DNA of 64,000 bases from Ignisphaera sp. (GTDB lineage Archaea > Thermoproteota > Thermoprotei_A > Sulfolobales > Ignisphaeraceae): NCBI GenBank assembly GCA_038889075.1, contig JAWAHS010000001.1:64001-128000 (forward strand). The letters run 5' to 3'. This document shows, one piece after another, positions 52,191-62,004 of the stretch (position 1 is the first letter of the stretch; every line of letters begins with the position of its first letter). A program made the position numbers and the translations under genes. The notes under the pieces are model-generated. The model was not told the origin of the DNA. It searched no databases and saw nothing but the letters and a program-made list of their open reading frames with translations.

Positions 52191-52354
52191 GTTTAAACAC
52201 CTCGCACAGTCTTGAGCTTATACCTCTAAGAAGAGATATCTCTGCTATAAGATTTACTGGTGTTGTTAACAATCGTATTAATATGTCTCTGTATTAGGAT
52301 ATAGCGAATGGATTGTAATTGAAATAACAGAGGGAATGTGAGATAACCATAGTA

Positions 52355-52723
52355 TTAAGAGGGCAGCATACTTACATCTATTTTAATTATACCTAAATTC
52401 TCAGCCATTTCTAAAGTCCATCCAGCAAGATCTTTAGCAATATGCAATACAGCTGTATTCGGCTGTATTTCGATGCCGAGTACTTCTCTATAGGTTCTTA
52501 TAGCAGCATTCATATCAATTTTTGGAATGAATTTTAGTGAGAGAGCTTCTAATAGTTCTAAAAGATTTTTCTTACCTTCTCTTAAGAATCTTCTAATAAA
52601 TTCAAAGTCTTCGGATGACGGTAGGGCTGATGATTTATCTACATTCATTTCATCTAGTATTTCAAAGTACCTTCGTAGAATTCGATAATCTTTAACAATT
52701 TTTCCAGAGCTTAAAAAGAGCAT
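52355..52723 (-). CDS. Hypothetical protein
   Basis: Helical ORF ending LAGWTLEMAENLGII. Confidence 0.6.
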   Translation of the reverse strand: MLFLSSGKIVKDYRILRRYFEILDEMNVDKSSALPSSEDFEFIRRFLREGKKNLLELLEALSLKFIPKIDMNAAIRTYREVLGIEIQPNTAVLHIAKDLAGWTLEMAENLGIIKIDVSMLPS

Positions 52724-52796
52724 GTTAATCCACATAATAAACAGTTTTATTCTAGATATATGCATAGCTGAAATTTAAGTGTTAAGGTGGCAGCAA

Positions 52797-53270
52797 ATGA
52801 GCTTCATAAGAATAAGACCTGCGGTAATGGATGATATAGACATGATTATAGCTATTAATGTTGAATGTTTACCCGAGCACTATCCACTAAGTTTCTGGAT
52901 GGAGCATCTAAAGAAATGGGGGGACATTTTCTATGTAGCAGAGGTAGATAACGAAATTGTAGGCTATGTATTATCACGTATAGAGGAGGGACGCTCGCAT
53001 TTTAAGGGTAGCTATATAAAGATGGGTCATATTATTAGTATAGCAGTTAGAGAAAAATTTAGACGAAAGGGAATAGCAACATATATGATTCTAACATTGT
53101 TGAATTCCCTAAAGACCATTCATAGGGCAGAAGAAGCCTTTCTAGAAGTTAGAATCAGCAATGAACCCGCAGTAAAACTTTATGAAAAACTTGGTTTTAC
53201 CGTGATTAAAAGATTAACGCAATATTATCTTGATGGAGAAGATGCGCTTCTCATGGCTAAGACTCTATAG
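52797..53270 (+). CDS. ard1: N-terminal acetyltransferase Ard1/RimI
   Basis: LPEHYP, GHIISIAVREKFRRKGIA, LEVRISN, YYLDGEDA. Confidence 0.92.
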   Translation: MSFIRIRPAVMDDIDMIIAINVECLPEHYPLSFWMEHLKKWGDIFYVAEVDNEIVGYVLSRIEEGRSHFKGSYIKMGHIISIAVREKFRRKGIATYMILTLLNSLKTIHRAEEAFLEVRISNEPAVKLYEKLGFTVIKRLTQYYLDGEDALLMAKTL

Positions 53271-53340
53271 GTCTTCCATAGCTGGAGGAATCTCAACCAT
53301 TTAAGAGGAACTTGAATAGTAACTATTTCCAATTTCCTAC

Positions 53341-53814
53341 TTACAGATTAAAGATAAAAATCTTTTCATTAAAGGCCTCTGCTAAGGGAATAATATTTAT
53401 TATGGGTCTTGGAATGAAGCTTCTCCTTGTAACGATTATTAATGCGTCTGAATAGGATATACACTTTAATATAGAGTCGTATCTATGTTTAGGTATGGTT
53501 ATATCACCACTACACAACTCTATAATACTCACACTAGGTAACGAGTTTGTGATAGATTTGATCAAGGGTGTCAAAGGTCTACATAGTGTTATTAAGCACG
53601 ATATATTTTTGGCATTGATCAAGTTCAAGAGTTTTATTACAATAATTGAATCTAAATGGATGCTATTATGTTTTAATATACATTGTTTAGGTGTATGCAG
53701 ACATTCGCTGTTAATCACCGGAATTACTATTAATGTAATCCTCTCTATACCCTTCAACACATCTATGTAAGTCTCCATATCATAGTATGCAATGTTTATT
53801 GTAATAGATCCCAC
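53341..53814 (-). CDS. Hypothetical protein, possibly degenerate SLOG/DprA-like Rossmann fold
   Basis: C-terminal RY..I...SDALIIV.....AEAFNEKIF resembles the DprA/SMF C-terminal motif. Confidence 0.4.
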   Translation of the reverse strand: MGSITINIAYYDMETYIDVLKGIERITLIVIPVINSECLHTPKQCILKHNSIHLDSIIVIKLLNLINAKNISCLITLCRPLTPLIKSITNSLPSVSIIELCSGDITIPKHRYDSILKCISYSDALIIVTRRSFIPRPIINIIPLAEAFNEKIFIFNL

Positions 53815-54034
53815 CTAGCACCACGGTTTATTCCTAATGTATCTCTGAATATATATCTTAGTTAGTAGTACAATTCACATTAGAGATAAGTGGTACGAAC
53901 TATTGCAAACTCTAGAGCAAATCTGTAGAGACAATTGCCGAATGAAGATAGTCGAAATAGTAATTATGTTACACTATTTCATCGGTCTAAATTTGAATAG
54001 TAAATGAGATAATGCAGGAATATAAGAAAACCAT

Positions 54035-54460
54035 CTAACCGTTATATCTTAATGTGATATTCTTTTTTATGATTTCTATAGTGCTTTCAAGATACTCATC
54101 GATTAAACTTGCATGTCTTTTTCTTATATGATCTTCAATTATCTGATTAGGCAATTCTTCACCACATAAGCCACACTTAACTATATAGCCATTGACTTCC
54201 TTTGTTATAGGCTTTATTTTTAATAGAATTGGAATAGCATGTTTTAAAAGTACCTTTGCCTTCACAACGGAGCCTGTCTTTTCAACTATTCTTTGTATAT
54301 AGCCTCTAACTTGATGCTTACTCAGACTATATTTTATTGCAACACTACTTGGACTTACACCATTAACAAAGTAGTCGTGAACTGCCTTTATTACATCGTT
54401 TCTACCAGCTAATACCTTAATAATAAGGTATTCTAGTACCGCCTCAGTGGGAGATCTCAT
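54035..54460 (-). CDS. HTH plus C2H2 zinc-finger protein
   Basis: SPSSVAIKYSLSKHQVRGYIQR HTH; CGLC..HIRKRH. Confidence 0.75.
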   Translation of the reverse strand: MRSPTEAVLEYLIIKVLAGRNDVIKAVHDYFVNGVSPSSVAIKYSLSKHQVRGYIQRIVEKTGSVVKAKVLLKHAIPILLKIKPITKEVNGYIVKCGLCGEELPNQIIEDHIRKRHASLIDEYLESTIEIIKKNITLRYNG

Positions 54461-54775
54461 TATATTACCCCAGTATTATTATCAAGTTTCATAAAAATTT
54501 ATAAAGAGCAACTCATATGCTACCTTATAAATTTAGTAATAATAACACCTAGTTACTGATATTTTTAGGTACTATTTAGGTATATGAAAAACTTTTTGCT
54601 GGTAATACCTATAGGATAGTCGATATTAGACTGATTTCCGTGTTGGTATCGATAACTTTCTCCTGTTAAGAGTTTTGTTAATTTTAAGTACTATACCACA
54701 TGGCTAAAAAACATATATACTATTCCGATGAAATAATTTCACACACAGGGTAACGTCTTACTTAGGTGCAGATAA

Positions 54776-55009
54776 TTGACCAGCGAAGAAAATAGCTATA
54801 TAGAATTAGATATAAGAGCAACAAAGATAGTTTCAGTAAAATTGGATGTTGATGTAATATACGAGCTTGATAAGATGGTTAGAAGACACAACTTTAAGAG
54901 CAGATCTGAATTTATAAGGGAAGCACTTAGCCTATATATCAAACTTCTAAACATATATGGTAGAAAGGAGCTTAAGAATATAATTGAAAATAGACTTAAA
55001 ATAGCTTAG
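54776..55009 (+). CDS. Ribbon-helix-helix (CopG/aCcr1-like) transcription regulator
   Basis: IVSVKLD..LD....FKSRSEFIREAL; AGGTG RBS before TTG. Confidence 0.85.
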   Translation: MTSEENSYIELDIRATKIVSVKLDVDVIYELDKMVRRHNFKSRSEFIREALSLYIKLLNIYGRKELKNIIENRLKIA

Positions 55010-55086
55010 GAATTCCAAATCTTTAATGAAGCTACAGTCTTAGACGTCAATTAATTAAAATGTAGAGTGGTATTGAAGCGTAATTC

Positions 55087-55935
55087 TCAGGTTATTAATT
55101 CCCCAAAGTATTTAGCCAGAAGTTTTAGTAGCCTAGCGATATTGTCGCAATCGGCTATGTTTTCCCTATGGCAAGCCACTTCCAATACTATATTACCTTT
55201 AAAGCCATTCCTTTTAAGAGCTTCAAAAAGTTCGTTCCAATGTACTGTACCCGTAGAAAGTGGTGGTAAATGGAGATCTCTGTAACCATCATTATCATGT
55301 GCATGTATAAGAGTAACATACTTAGCAAGCCTATCGTAGAATTCACTAGGCTGAAAACCATTTACAATGGCGTGTCCTGTATCTAAACATACGCTAAATT
55401 TATCGCCTCCTATACTATCAATCAGATAAAGTAGATCATTTGGCAGGTATCCGTATACGCCTTTCTCAAGACGATTCTCTATGCTAAGTCTTATACCGTA
55501 TTCACTGGCATAGCTATGTATCTTTTCAAAAAATACTATAGCTCTATCTCTAATTCTTGTTGAGTACTCTATAGAGCCTTCACCTACATATGGATTATTA
55601 AATGGTATATGTATCGCAGCTAAATTTACTCCGATCTCTGAATAGAATTTTAACCATTTTTCGAAAATCCCTATGATGTTCGGCATCTTATCGAGTTCTA
55701 CAGCCAATCTTATTTCTTCTCCATACGGTAAGTGGGCCACATTCATATTTATGTTGAGGGTCTCGATAACATCTATAACTTCATTCATAAGTACATCAAG
55801 TTTTTCACCACGTTTTATAAAGTAGTGAAAGTTGTCATAGCTGAGTTCAATATTGGTAAGACCGTGGCTATATAGTCTTTGAAGAGCTTGCGAGGGTCTT
55901 AAAAATGCATATACCATAGTCGATGTGTATATCAT
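55087..55935 (-). CDS. Sugar phosphate isomerase/epimerase (AP endonuclease 2-type TIM barrel)
   Basis: IEL, AHLP, SIENR, CLDTGHA, HAHDNDG..DLHLP, VLEV. Confidence 0.88.
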   Translation of the reverse strand: MIYTSTMVYAFLRPSQALQRLYSHGLTNIELSYDNFHYFIKRGEKLDVLMNEVIDVIETLNINMNVAHLPYGEEIRLAVELDKMPNIIGIFEKWLKFYSEIGVNLAAIHIPFNNPYVGEGSIEYSTRIRDRAIVFFEKIHSYASEYGIRLSIENRLEKGVYGYLPNDLLYLIDSIGGDKFSVCLDTGHAIVNGFQPSEFYDRLAKYVTLIHAHDNDGYRDLHLPPLSTGTVHWNELFEALKRNGFKGNIVLEVACHRENIADCDNIARLLKLLAKYFGELIT

Positions 55936-56227
55936 ATCATTTTCACCTACTAAATTTGGAAAATTTTTGTCCTGATGATAGTTTTAATTCCAACGTCAAA
56001 GTTTAAAAAGATTCTCTCTAAGGCCATTTGGGGCAACAGGTTGGTACCGTTTCTCTTATATATTTGTATATCCACATCTAATAATATGTTGTAAGTTAAT
56101 GGATTTTGGTATGGAGAGAATGTGTAGTGAGGATACAGTTTTGCAATTATTCATCATTATACTGATCCTCTAGATAGATTATAAGAATTTATTTAGGGTA
56201 ATTAATATATCATACAACTTTGCGGAA

Positions 56228-57331
56228 GTGATGGCATTGATGAATCCAATGCGTATGCATGGTGGCGTAGCTCCAGAGAACTATACGGATTTCTCAACAC
56301 CTATAAATCCTCTTGGGGTACCCGATGTAATTAGAGGTCTCATTAGCGAATCGATAAAAAGTGAAATCTATTCTTTCTATCCCAATTATAATTATACGGC
56401 ACTTCGAGAAGCTATAGCAGAATTCTATAATATTGAACCTAGCTATATAATACCTCTTAATGGTGCTGCTGAAGCACTGTATCTGATTGTAGGTGCAGAG
56501 AAACCTACTACCGCAATAGTTTGCGAACCTACATTTGGAGATCATAGGGCACTTTTTCATGCACTATCAATGAATTATATATCCGTACAGTATGCAGAAT
56601 TTCCTAATATGTATGTATTTCCGTTTAATATAGTATATATGTTATCTAAATCGATAAAATCTAAATGTATCATACTATTCTCTAATCCAAATAATCCATT
56701 AGGGACATGTATTCCAATAGAGGTTATTGAAAAGATTCTTCATATGTATAGGAACTGCATTGTTATAGTAGATGAGGCATTTATGGACTTGTCAAGAATT
56801 TGTAGATCTGCATTTAAGCTGGTGGAGGAATACAAAAATATAGTTATACTAAGGAGTCTAACTAAGACGTTTGCAGTACCAGGTCTGAGAATCGGCTTCT
56901 TATATACCTCGAATACAAAGCTTCTACATAAAATTGAAGTATTTAGACAGCCATGGAATGTAAATAGCATTGCAGATTACGTTTTTTCCAGAGCCTTAAC
57001 CGATTATAGAAATAACCTTAATGAATTTCTCGAGCACTCAAAAAGTGTAATAGAAGCTGAGCGACAATTTCTCGAATATTCTTTTTCTGAACTGGGTCTA
57101 CACTTTTATAAATCTTACGCACCTTTCATATTAGTGAGATTCCATAACGATGTTAAAAATATCCAACATTTCTTAGAACGATTTAAAATATGGATAAGGG
57201 ATGCCTCATCATTTCAATTCTTAACGAGATACCATGGTAGGATATCAGTAAGACTAAGAGAGGATAATGAAAAATTAATTAATGCTTTGAGGATCATCCT
57301 AAAAGAGAAGGTATATGGTGAGGCACAGTGA
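56228..57331 (+). CDS. cobD: L-threonine-O-3-phosphate decarboxylase CobD (PLP)
   Basis: MHGG, DFSTPINPLG, NPNNPLG, VDEAFMD, RSLTKTFAVPGLRIG, PWNVN; adjacent to cob genes. Confidence 0.88.
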   Translation: MMALMNPMRMHGGVAPENYTDFSTPINPLGVPDVIRGLISESIKSEIYSFYPNYNYTALREAIAEFYNIEPSYIIPLNGAAEALYLIVGAEKPTTAIVCEPTFGDHRALFHALSMNYISVQYAEFPNMYVFPFNIVYMLSKSIKSKCIILFSNPNNPLGTCIPIEVIEKILHMYRNCIVIVDEAFMDLSRICRSAFKLVEEYKNIVILRSLTKTFAVPGLRIGFLYTSNTKLLHKIEVFRQPWNVNSIADYVFSRALTDYRNNLNEFLEHSKSVIEAERQFLEYSFSELGLHFYKSYAPFILVRFHNDVKNIQHFLERFKIWIRDASSFQFLTRYHGRISVRLREDNEKLINALRIILKEKVYGEAQ

Positions 57332-58252
57332 CAATAGCCATATAATGGCAGCCAACGTCACTATTCTCAATCCTATTTTCAACGCATTTTCATCAAGTTC
57401 TCTAACTCCTTTACCTATTGTGTAACTCCCAATTTTTTCAAGTCTAACCATTAGGACCCCTGCAATGGCAGATATTGGATGACCTGCATTTAAGCTTTCT
57501 GTAGCTCTACGATAGTCCCTCCATATATTAAACGCGTATCGTATACTGGTTTTTGCAAATGGTGCTAATAGTATTATAGTAAAAGCGGTAAGCCTTGCAG
57601 CAATAAAGTTTATTAAAGTATCAACTCTTGCTGAAAACCAGCCAACTTCTCTATATTCAGCTGTTTTAAATCCTAGTGCTCCATCCAAAGTATTAGAAAT
57701 TCTCTGCAGCAGTGCTCCTATAGGTCCCAGGAGTAGTATGTAGAAAAGAGGTGAAGTGTATCCATCAACAAAACTCTCTGCTAGGGATTCTATGGCTGCT
57801 GAAACTACATGTATTTCATCAATTTTATATACATCCCTTCTGACAATTTGTTGTGTCCAAAATCTTGCACACCACCAATCATTTAAATGGACACATTCTG
57901 TGACGTTTTTAACAATTGATATAAGTAGCCTTAGTGATAACGATACCTTTATTATCCATCCAGCTACTACTATCCATAATAGGGGATTTGTCAACCAAGC
58001 TATGTATAACAGGACACTATATACTATCAGATGCGTTGATACAACTATGAACCAGGTAGCAATGCCCCTCATTTTCGACGAATATCTTTTTCCAATTTTT
58101 ATAGCAAGGATATAGGATGTATGAACTGGGTGTATTGTTAGAAGGAACCCTTTATGAAATGGATAGAGGTAGTCAAGGATATGAGCAACGAGTATCGCAG
58201 AGATGAGTAGGTATGAATCTTTAGGATAAAGAAAATCTGGAATTATACACAT
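57299..58252 (-). CDS. cbiB: Adenosylcobinamide-phosphate synthase CbiB
   Basis: IHPV, IVRRD, AAIESLAESFVDG, NTLDG, SARVD..NFIAARL, SLNAGHP; membrane protein. Confidence 0.92.
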   Translation of the reverse strand: MCIIPDFLYPKDSYLLISAILVAHILDYLYPFHKGFLLTIHPVHTSYILAIKIGKRYSSKMRGIATWFIVVSTHLIVYSVLLYIAWLTNPLLWIVVAGWIIKVSLSLRLLISIVKNVTECVHLNDWWCARFWTQQIVRRDVYKIDEIHVVSAAIESLAESFVDGYTSPLFYILLLGPIGALLQRISNTLDGALGFKTAEYREVGWFSARVDTLINFIAARLTAFTIILLAPFAKTSIRYAFNIWRDYRRATESLNAGHPISAIAGVLMVRLEKIGSYTIGKGVRELDENALKIGLRIVTLAAIIWLLSLCLTIYLLF

Positions 58253-59022
58253 GTAGCGATCACCATGCAAACAACTCTAGTCGTCTCATATGAGAAGCCA
58301 ATAATATCACCATTTATAAAACCAAGCCTCTTTTTAGCATCTGAAACTATGGTAACTGCTACTAGCAATGTAATTAGAATTGCTGAGATTAGCATGAATA
58401 CTTCTATGTGTGTAAAAACTAATATAGATAGGTATATCGCCAGCAAGGTAATGATATTTTTAATGAAATTAGCAGAGATTTTAGCACTGATTACAAATCT
58501 TCTCCCAAGCCCATTATAAGGTTCTTCTATTCCAAAGAATGCAGTTATATACATTGCCTCAGCAGAAGCAACGTATATGACTACTAATCTCAATAGAGAT
58601 GCATATACCGAACTGCCTGACTCAAGCATAATGTACATTGATGCTGATGAGATAAGCAAATTGAGAGTTATAGAGATTATACTAAACGTTCCCCTTCTAG
58701 GATCTTTAAGAATTTTGATCGCATACTCGCCAGTTCTATGGGATCCTATTACATCACTATAATCAGCATATCCATCAAAATGTATACCACCGGTTACCAT
58801 TAGATGAAAAAAGATATAGAGAATTGAAATGATAGCATTATGTATACCCAGCACATATAAAGACCATATAAGAAAGGAAACTATGGCACCTTCAACCAAA
58901 CCTATTACTGGAATTAGATAGAAATACTGAGCAGCGTATTCAATGGAACTATTACCTGTAGGTATTGTTGTTAGTAGTGCAAGAAGAGATTTTAATCCCT
59001 TAAACACGCTCTTCCATTTCAA
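58243..59022 (-). CDS. cobS: Cobamide 5'-phosphate synthase CobS
   Basis: LTTIP, TGGIHFDGYADYSD, LKDPRRG, GFINGDIIG. Confidence 0.92.
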   Translation of the reverse strand: MKWKSVFKGLKSLLALLTTIPTGNSSIEYAAQYFYLIPVIGLVEGAIVSFLIWSLYVLGIHNAIISILYIFFHLMVTGGIHFDGYADYSDVIGSHRTGEYAIKILKDPRRGTFSIISITLNLLISSASMYIMLESGSSVYASLLRLVVIYVASAEAMYITAFFGIEEPYNGLGRRFVISAKISANFIKNIITLLAIYLSILVFTHIEVFMLISAILITLLVAVTIVSDAKKRLGFINGDIIGFSYETTRVVCMVIATCV

Positions 59023-59107
59023 TTATCATAGCACCATAAATTGTTGTATGTAGGGTATAACTTGAATGTCCCCATACTTTAGGAAGGTATGAAGATTAGT
59101 ATATCTA

Positions 59108-59638
59108 TTAGTGGCAAAGTCTTCTCACCATTTCTAAATCGCTAACTTTATCAACATCTATAACGCTATTTTTAGGATAGGAAATATTCCTCCAGGATCC
59201 ACAGTTCTTTTTGAAGAATGTTATCCCTATAAGTTTTTCGCGATCATCATCTATTGTTAATGTGATTATATCTTCCTGAGCTTCAAGGGCTCTTCTAAGG
59301 AAATCTACTAAAATTTCCCTGTTTTGCACATAAACATCAGCAGCGATCATGAACAAGGGCTTGGGGAGGGCATCCAAGAGAAAAACAAGATCCTTAACAA
59401 AATCGTCTCCTGAGGTCTCTATGCAATCCGTAGAGAGGTATTTATTAGTAGCACATATATATGAGGCTCCGAGGGTTTTTTTAGATAAAGCTATTACCGC
59501 ATGTTCACACAGTATCTCTACATCATTCAACAGCTTTTCTATTAAAGGTTTACCACATATATTCGATAGAAATTTTAGGGGTGAGCCAAATCTAGATCCT
59601 TTACCACCAGCTAGAATAATACATACAACTTTATTCAT
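59108..59638 (-). CDS. cobY: Adenosylcobinamide-phosphate guanylyltransferase CobY
   Basis: ILAGGKGSRFG, GKPLI, TSGDDFVKDL, AADV, IDVD; cob context. Confidence 0.85.
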   Translation of the reverse strand: MNKVVCIILAGGKGSRFGSPLKFLSNICGKPLIEKLLNDVEILCEHAVIALSKKTLGASYICATNKYLSTDCIETSGDDFVKDLVFLLDALPKPLFMIAADVYVQNREILVDFLRRALEAQEDIITLTIDDDREKLIGITFFKKNCGSWRNISYPKNSVIDVDKVSDLEMVRRLCH

Positions 59639-60746
59639 TGCTACTACCTCTATCTATTTCATTTATTAATAGTGTATAGAGTGATCCGAGAATAGCCGAT
59701 ATTATGTCATCAATATAGAGTCCAGCTCCATTATATTTCAACTTACCTATTTTCTTCATATTTTCAATCCAATACATGGCAAACATAGCGTTTGCTCCTC
59801 CAACATATAAAGCTAAAGAAATACCGAGAAGCTCATCAGCAACTATCTTTATAGTATCGCTAGAATATTCATCAGTAGTTAAACCTGGCACTGTGCCTGA
59901 GGAACCATGAAGATCGAGCTCTCTGGCAGCTATAATAAAGCTCCATACATTAGGATCTTTTAAAATTCTATGGAGAATTTTTCTGGCTTTTTCAATTGCT
60001 TTTTCAAGTGATATATTGGGTATAGGTGTAGACGCATATATGTTTCTAAATAGTTCTAGAAACTCCTCCATGGAGTAACCTATACAATTTTTTAGTAACC
60101 ACTCAATACCATTTCTAATACCTACCGATATAATAGAATTGTAAACTATATTCGCTACACTGTTTCCAATTGGTGTAGCCATACCTGAGAACAACACCCC
60201 TCCATCTAATCCATATGGTCTTGCAACAGCGATAGCATCCGTCACCGTACCTACGGCCCTTGATTTACATCTTAGTAGAAGATCCGAGGAGGCAACAACT
60301 TTAGCTTCTATTGCAGTTTTTAAAAGATCAACCATAGCTTCTTTTGAAAGCGGTAAATCAACATATATAAGAATATTTATGGTACCCATTCTCAATGGTT
60401 CATAAAGTTGATTATACCGAATGCATACAGGAGGCTCCAAGCCTATAGTCATTACAATTTCACTTAAGTACCCCTCTACATGTAGAAGCTTATCCATAGG
60501 TACAGCAGTTAGGAATACTATTCCTGATTCTATATCAAGCTCTTTTAAAATCTTCAGATAGTATTCCACTATGTTATCTACATGAAAGTTGCTTTCAACA
60601 TGCTTAAAAATAGCATGTCTAATAATTGTCGGTTCGCTATTATTGATCGAAACAGTCTTTAGTGTTGATACAACTTCTACAGGTTTTGGAAAATCTATAG
60701 CGATTATGTCCTCATTAATCCTTCTTATATTGAGATACATAGCCAT
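59631..60746 (-). CDS. cbiS: Bifunctional adenosylcobinamide amidohydrolase CbiZ / alpha-ribazole phosphatase CobZ (CbiS-type fusion)
   Basis: N-half FLTAV, GTINI, EAK, GTVTDAI (CbiZ); C-half DPNV..AA..LD, IVADELLG, YIDDIISA (CobZ). Confidence 0.85.
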   Translation of the reverse strand: MAMYLNIRRINEDIIAIDFPKPVEVVSTLKTVSINNSEPTIIRHAIFKHVESNFHVDNIVEYYLKILKELDIESGIVFLTAVPMDKLLHVEGYLSEIVMTIGLEPPVCIRYNQLYEPLRMGTINILIYVDLPLSKEAMVDLLKTAIEAKVVASSDLLLRCKSRAVGTVTDAIAVARPYGLDGGVLFSGMATPIGNSVANIVYNSIISVGIRNGIEWLLKNCIGYSMEEFLELFRNIYASTPIPNISLEKAIEKARKILHRILKDPNVWSFIIAARELDLHGSSGTVPGLTTDEYSSDTIKIVADELLGISLALYVGGANAMFAMYWIENMKKIGKLKYNGAGLYIDDIISAILGSLYTLLINEIDRGSSNE

Positions 60747-61833
60747 CCGTCACAAGTGCTTGGTATTCGCCATATATAGACTTCTTAATATCATTTATGT
60801 CGAATCCTTTGATGAGAGCACCTACGATTGTACCACCTGCACCAACGCCTTCTTTAACATAACCCTTTTCATATGCCATAAGACCACTGTATGGGGTATC
60901 GACAAAGCTGAGTGGTGGATAGAGTATAGGTATTTCAGGTGCGATATCCTTTACAAGACCAGCCATGTCAGCAGAGTTATCCTCAACAATCCATCGGGTA
61001 GTAGCTATCGCAACTTTGCCTGCAATATTTATGCTAAGCTTTTTTAGAATAGCTAAAACAGCACACATCTGGGTACCTCCAGCGAGAAGGACTTTAGCTT
61101 CCTGTTCTATCGCACCAGAAACAAAACCAGCAATAGATATGTGTAGAGGATCGCCAAAGATGGCAACAGCATCAAATACATCTTTTACAGGGAGTTGCAA
61201 TCCGCACCTCTTTAAAGCTTTTGCAAAAACCTCTATCTTCAAGTTATGTGGATTTTCAGGGGAAGCACTACTAACCCTTCCAGAAGCTCTATACCCTAAA
61301 GCCTCCATAATAGACATAGCAGTAGTTGTACCACCAGGAATGGATTCACCTACTATAAATACACAATCTCTTTTACCAATCATTAATCCAAGTGTTTTAC
61401 CACTGCTATACAATCTAATAACATTCTCGGTGGGAAGAGCATCCTCAACGTCGATTCTCCCACCAACAGATCTTCCAGGAAGCGATACATGTGGTACTTG
61501 AGGTTCTATATAAGCACCACAATTAACAATTAGATAGGGTATCTTTAGGAGTTTTAGTGATGCTCTAGTTAGAACAGCAGGTGTAGGAATACCATCGGGG
61601 GTTACAGGTATTATATCTAAAGTCTTAGGTTTCCCAAGAGTAAGATATTCAACGTCTAAAGTTGGTGTATAGAGGGTGGCATTTGGATCAGAGCCAGCAA
61701 TGCTTATACCTGGAATAGTTGAAACCTTTGTAGATGCTATAAAATATAGTGCATACATTTGAAGCTCTTTAGCATCCCTAACTATAGACTCTGCAAAACC
61801 ACTGTAGTCTATAGCCTTTAAACCTCTAATCAT
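60715..61833 (-). CDS. cobT: Archaeal-type nicotinate-mononucleotide:base phosphoribosyltransferase CobT
   Basis: IPGISIAG, TPDGIPTPAVLT, GESIPGGTTTA, LAGGTQM, YEKGYVKEGVGAGG. Confidence 0.9.
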   Translation of the reverse strand: MIRGLKAIDYSGFAESIVRDAKELQMYALYFIASTKVSTIPGISIAGSDPNATLYTPTLDVEYLTLGKPKTLDIIPVTPDGIPTPAVLTRASLKLLKIPYLIVNCGAYIEPQVPHVSLPGRSVGGRIDVEDALPTENVIRLYSSGKTLGLMIGKRDCVFIVGESIPGGTTTAMSIMEALGYRASGRVSSASPENPHNLKIEVFAKALKRCGLQLPVKDVFDAVAIFGDPLHISIAGFVSGAIEQEAKVLLAGGTQMCAVLAILKKLSINIAGKVAIATTRWIVEDNSADMAGLVKDIAPEIPILYPPLSFVDTPYSGLMAYEKGYVKEGVGAGGTIVGALIKGFDINDIKKSIYGEYQALVTDGYVSQYKKD

Positions 61834-61923
61834 ATAAACCACCTGTATAGGCTAGCCACATGTAGTGGTCAAGAGTTGCTAATAAATTTTCATTAAGAGT
61901 ACTTCTATGGTGCAATCCTATAC

Positions 61924-61941
61924 TGTTATAACATTATAACA
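61924..61941. promoter_or_regulatory. Perfect inverted repeat TGTTATA-N4-TATAACA (candidate operator)
   Basis: Lies in the divergent cobT/thiC intergenic region; also contains tandem TTATAACA. Confidence 0.5.
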
Positions 61942-62004
61942 TATGCACTTAAAGTTTTCTATATCTCTAATATTTTTAAGTTATATAGTGTTCGGTGCCC
62001 ATAG

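Noticed and set aside
54461-54775. AT-rich spacer as a replication origin
   Set aside because: No ORB-like repeats with G-strings and no orc1/cdc6 or whiP gene nearby
55936-56227. Spacer upstream of cobD checked for a cobalamin riboswitch or C/D sRNA
   Set aside because: Only isolated TGATGA boxes without correctly spaced CTGA; no B12-box pattern
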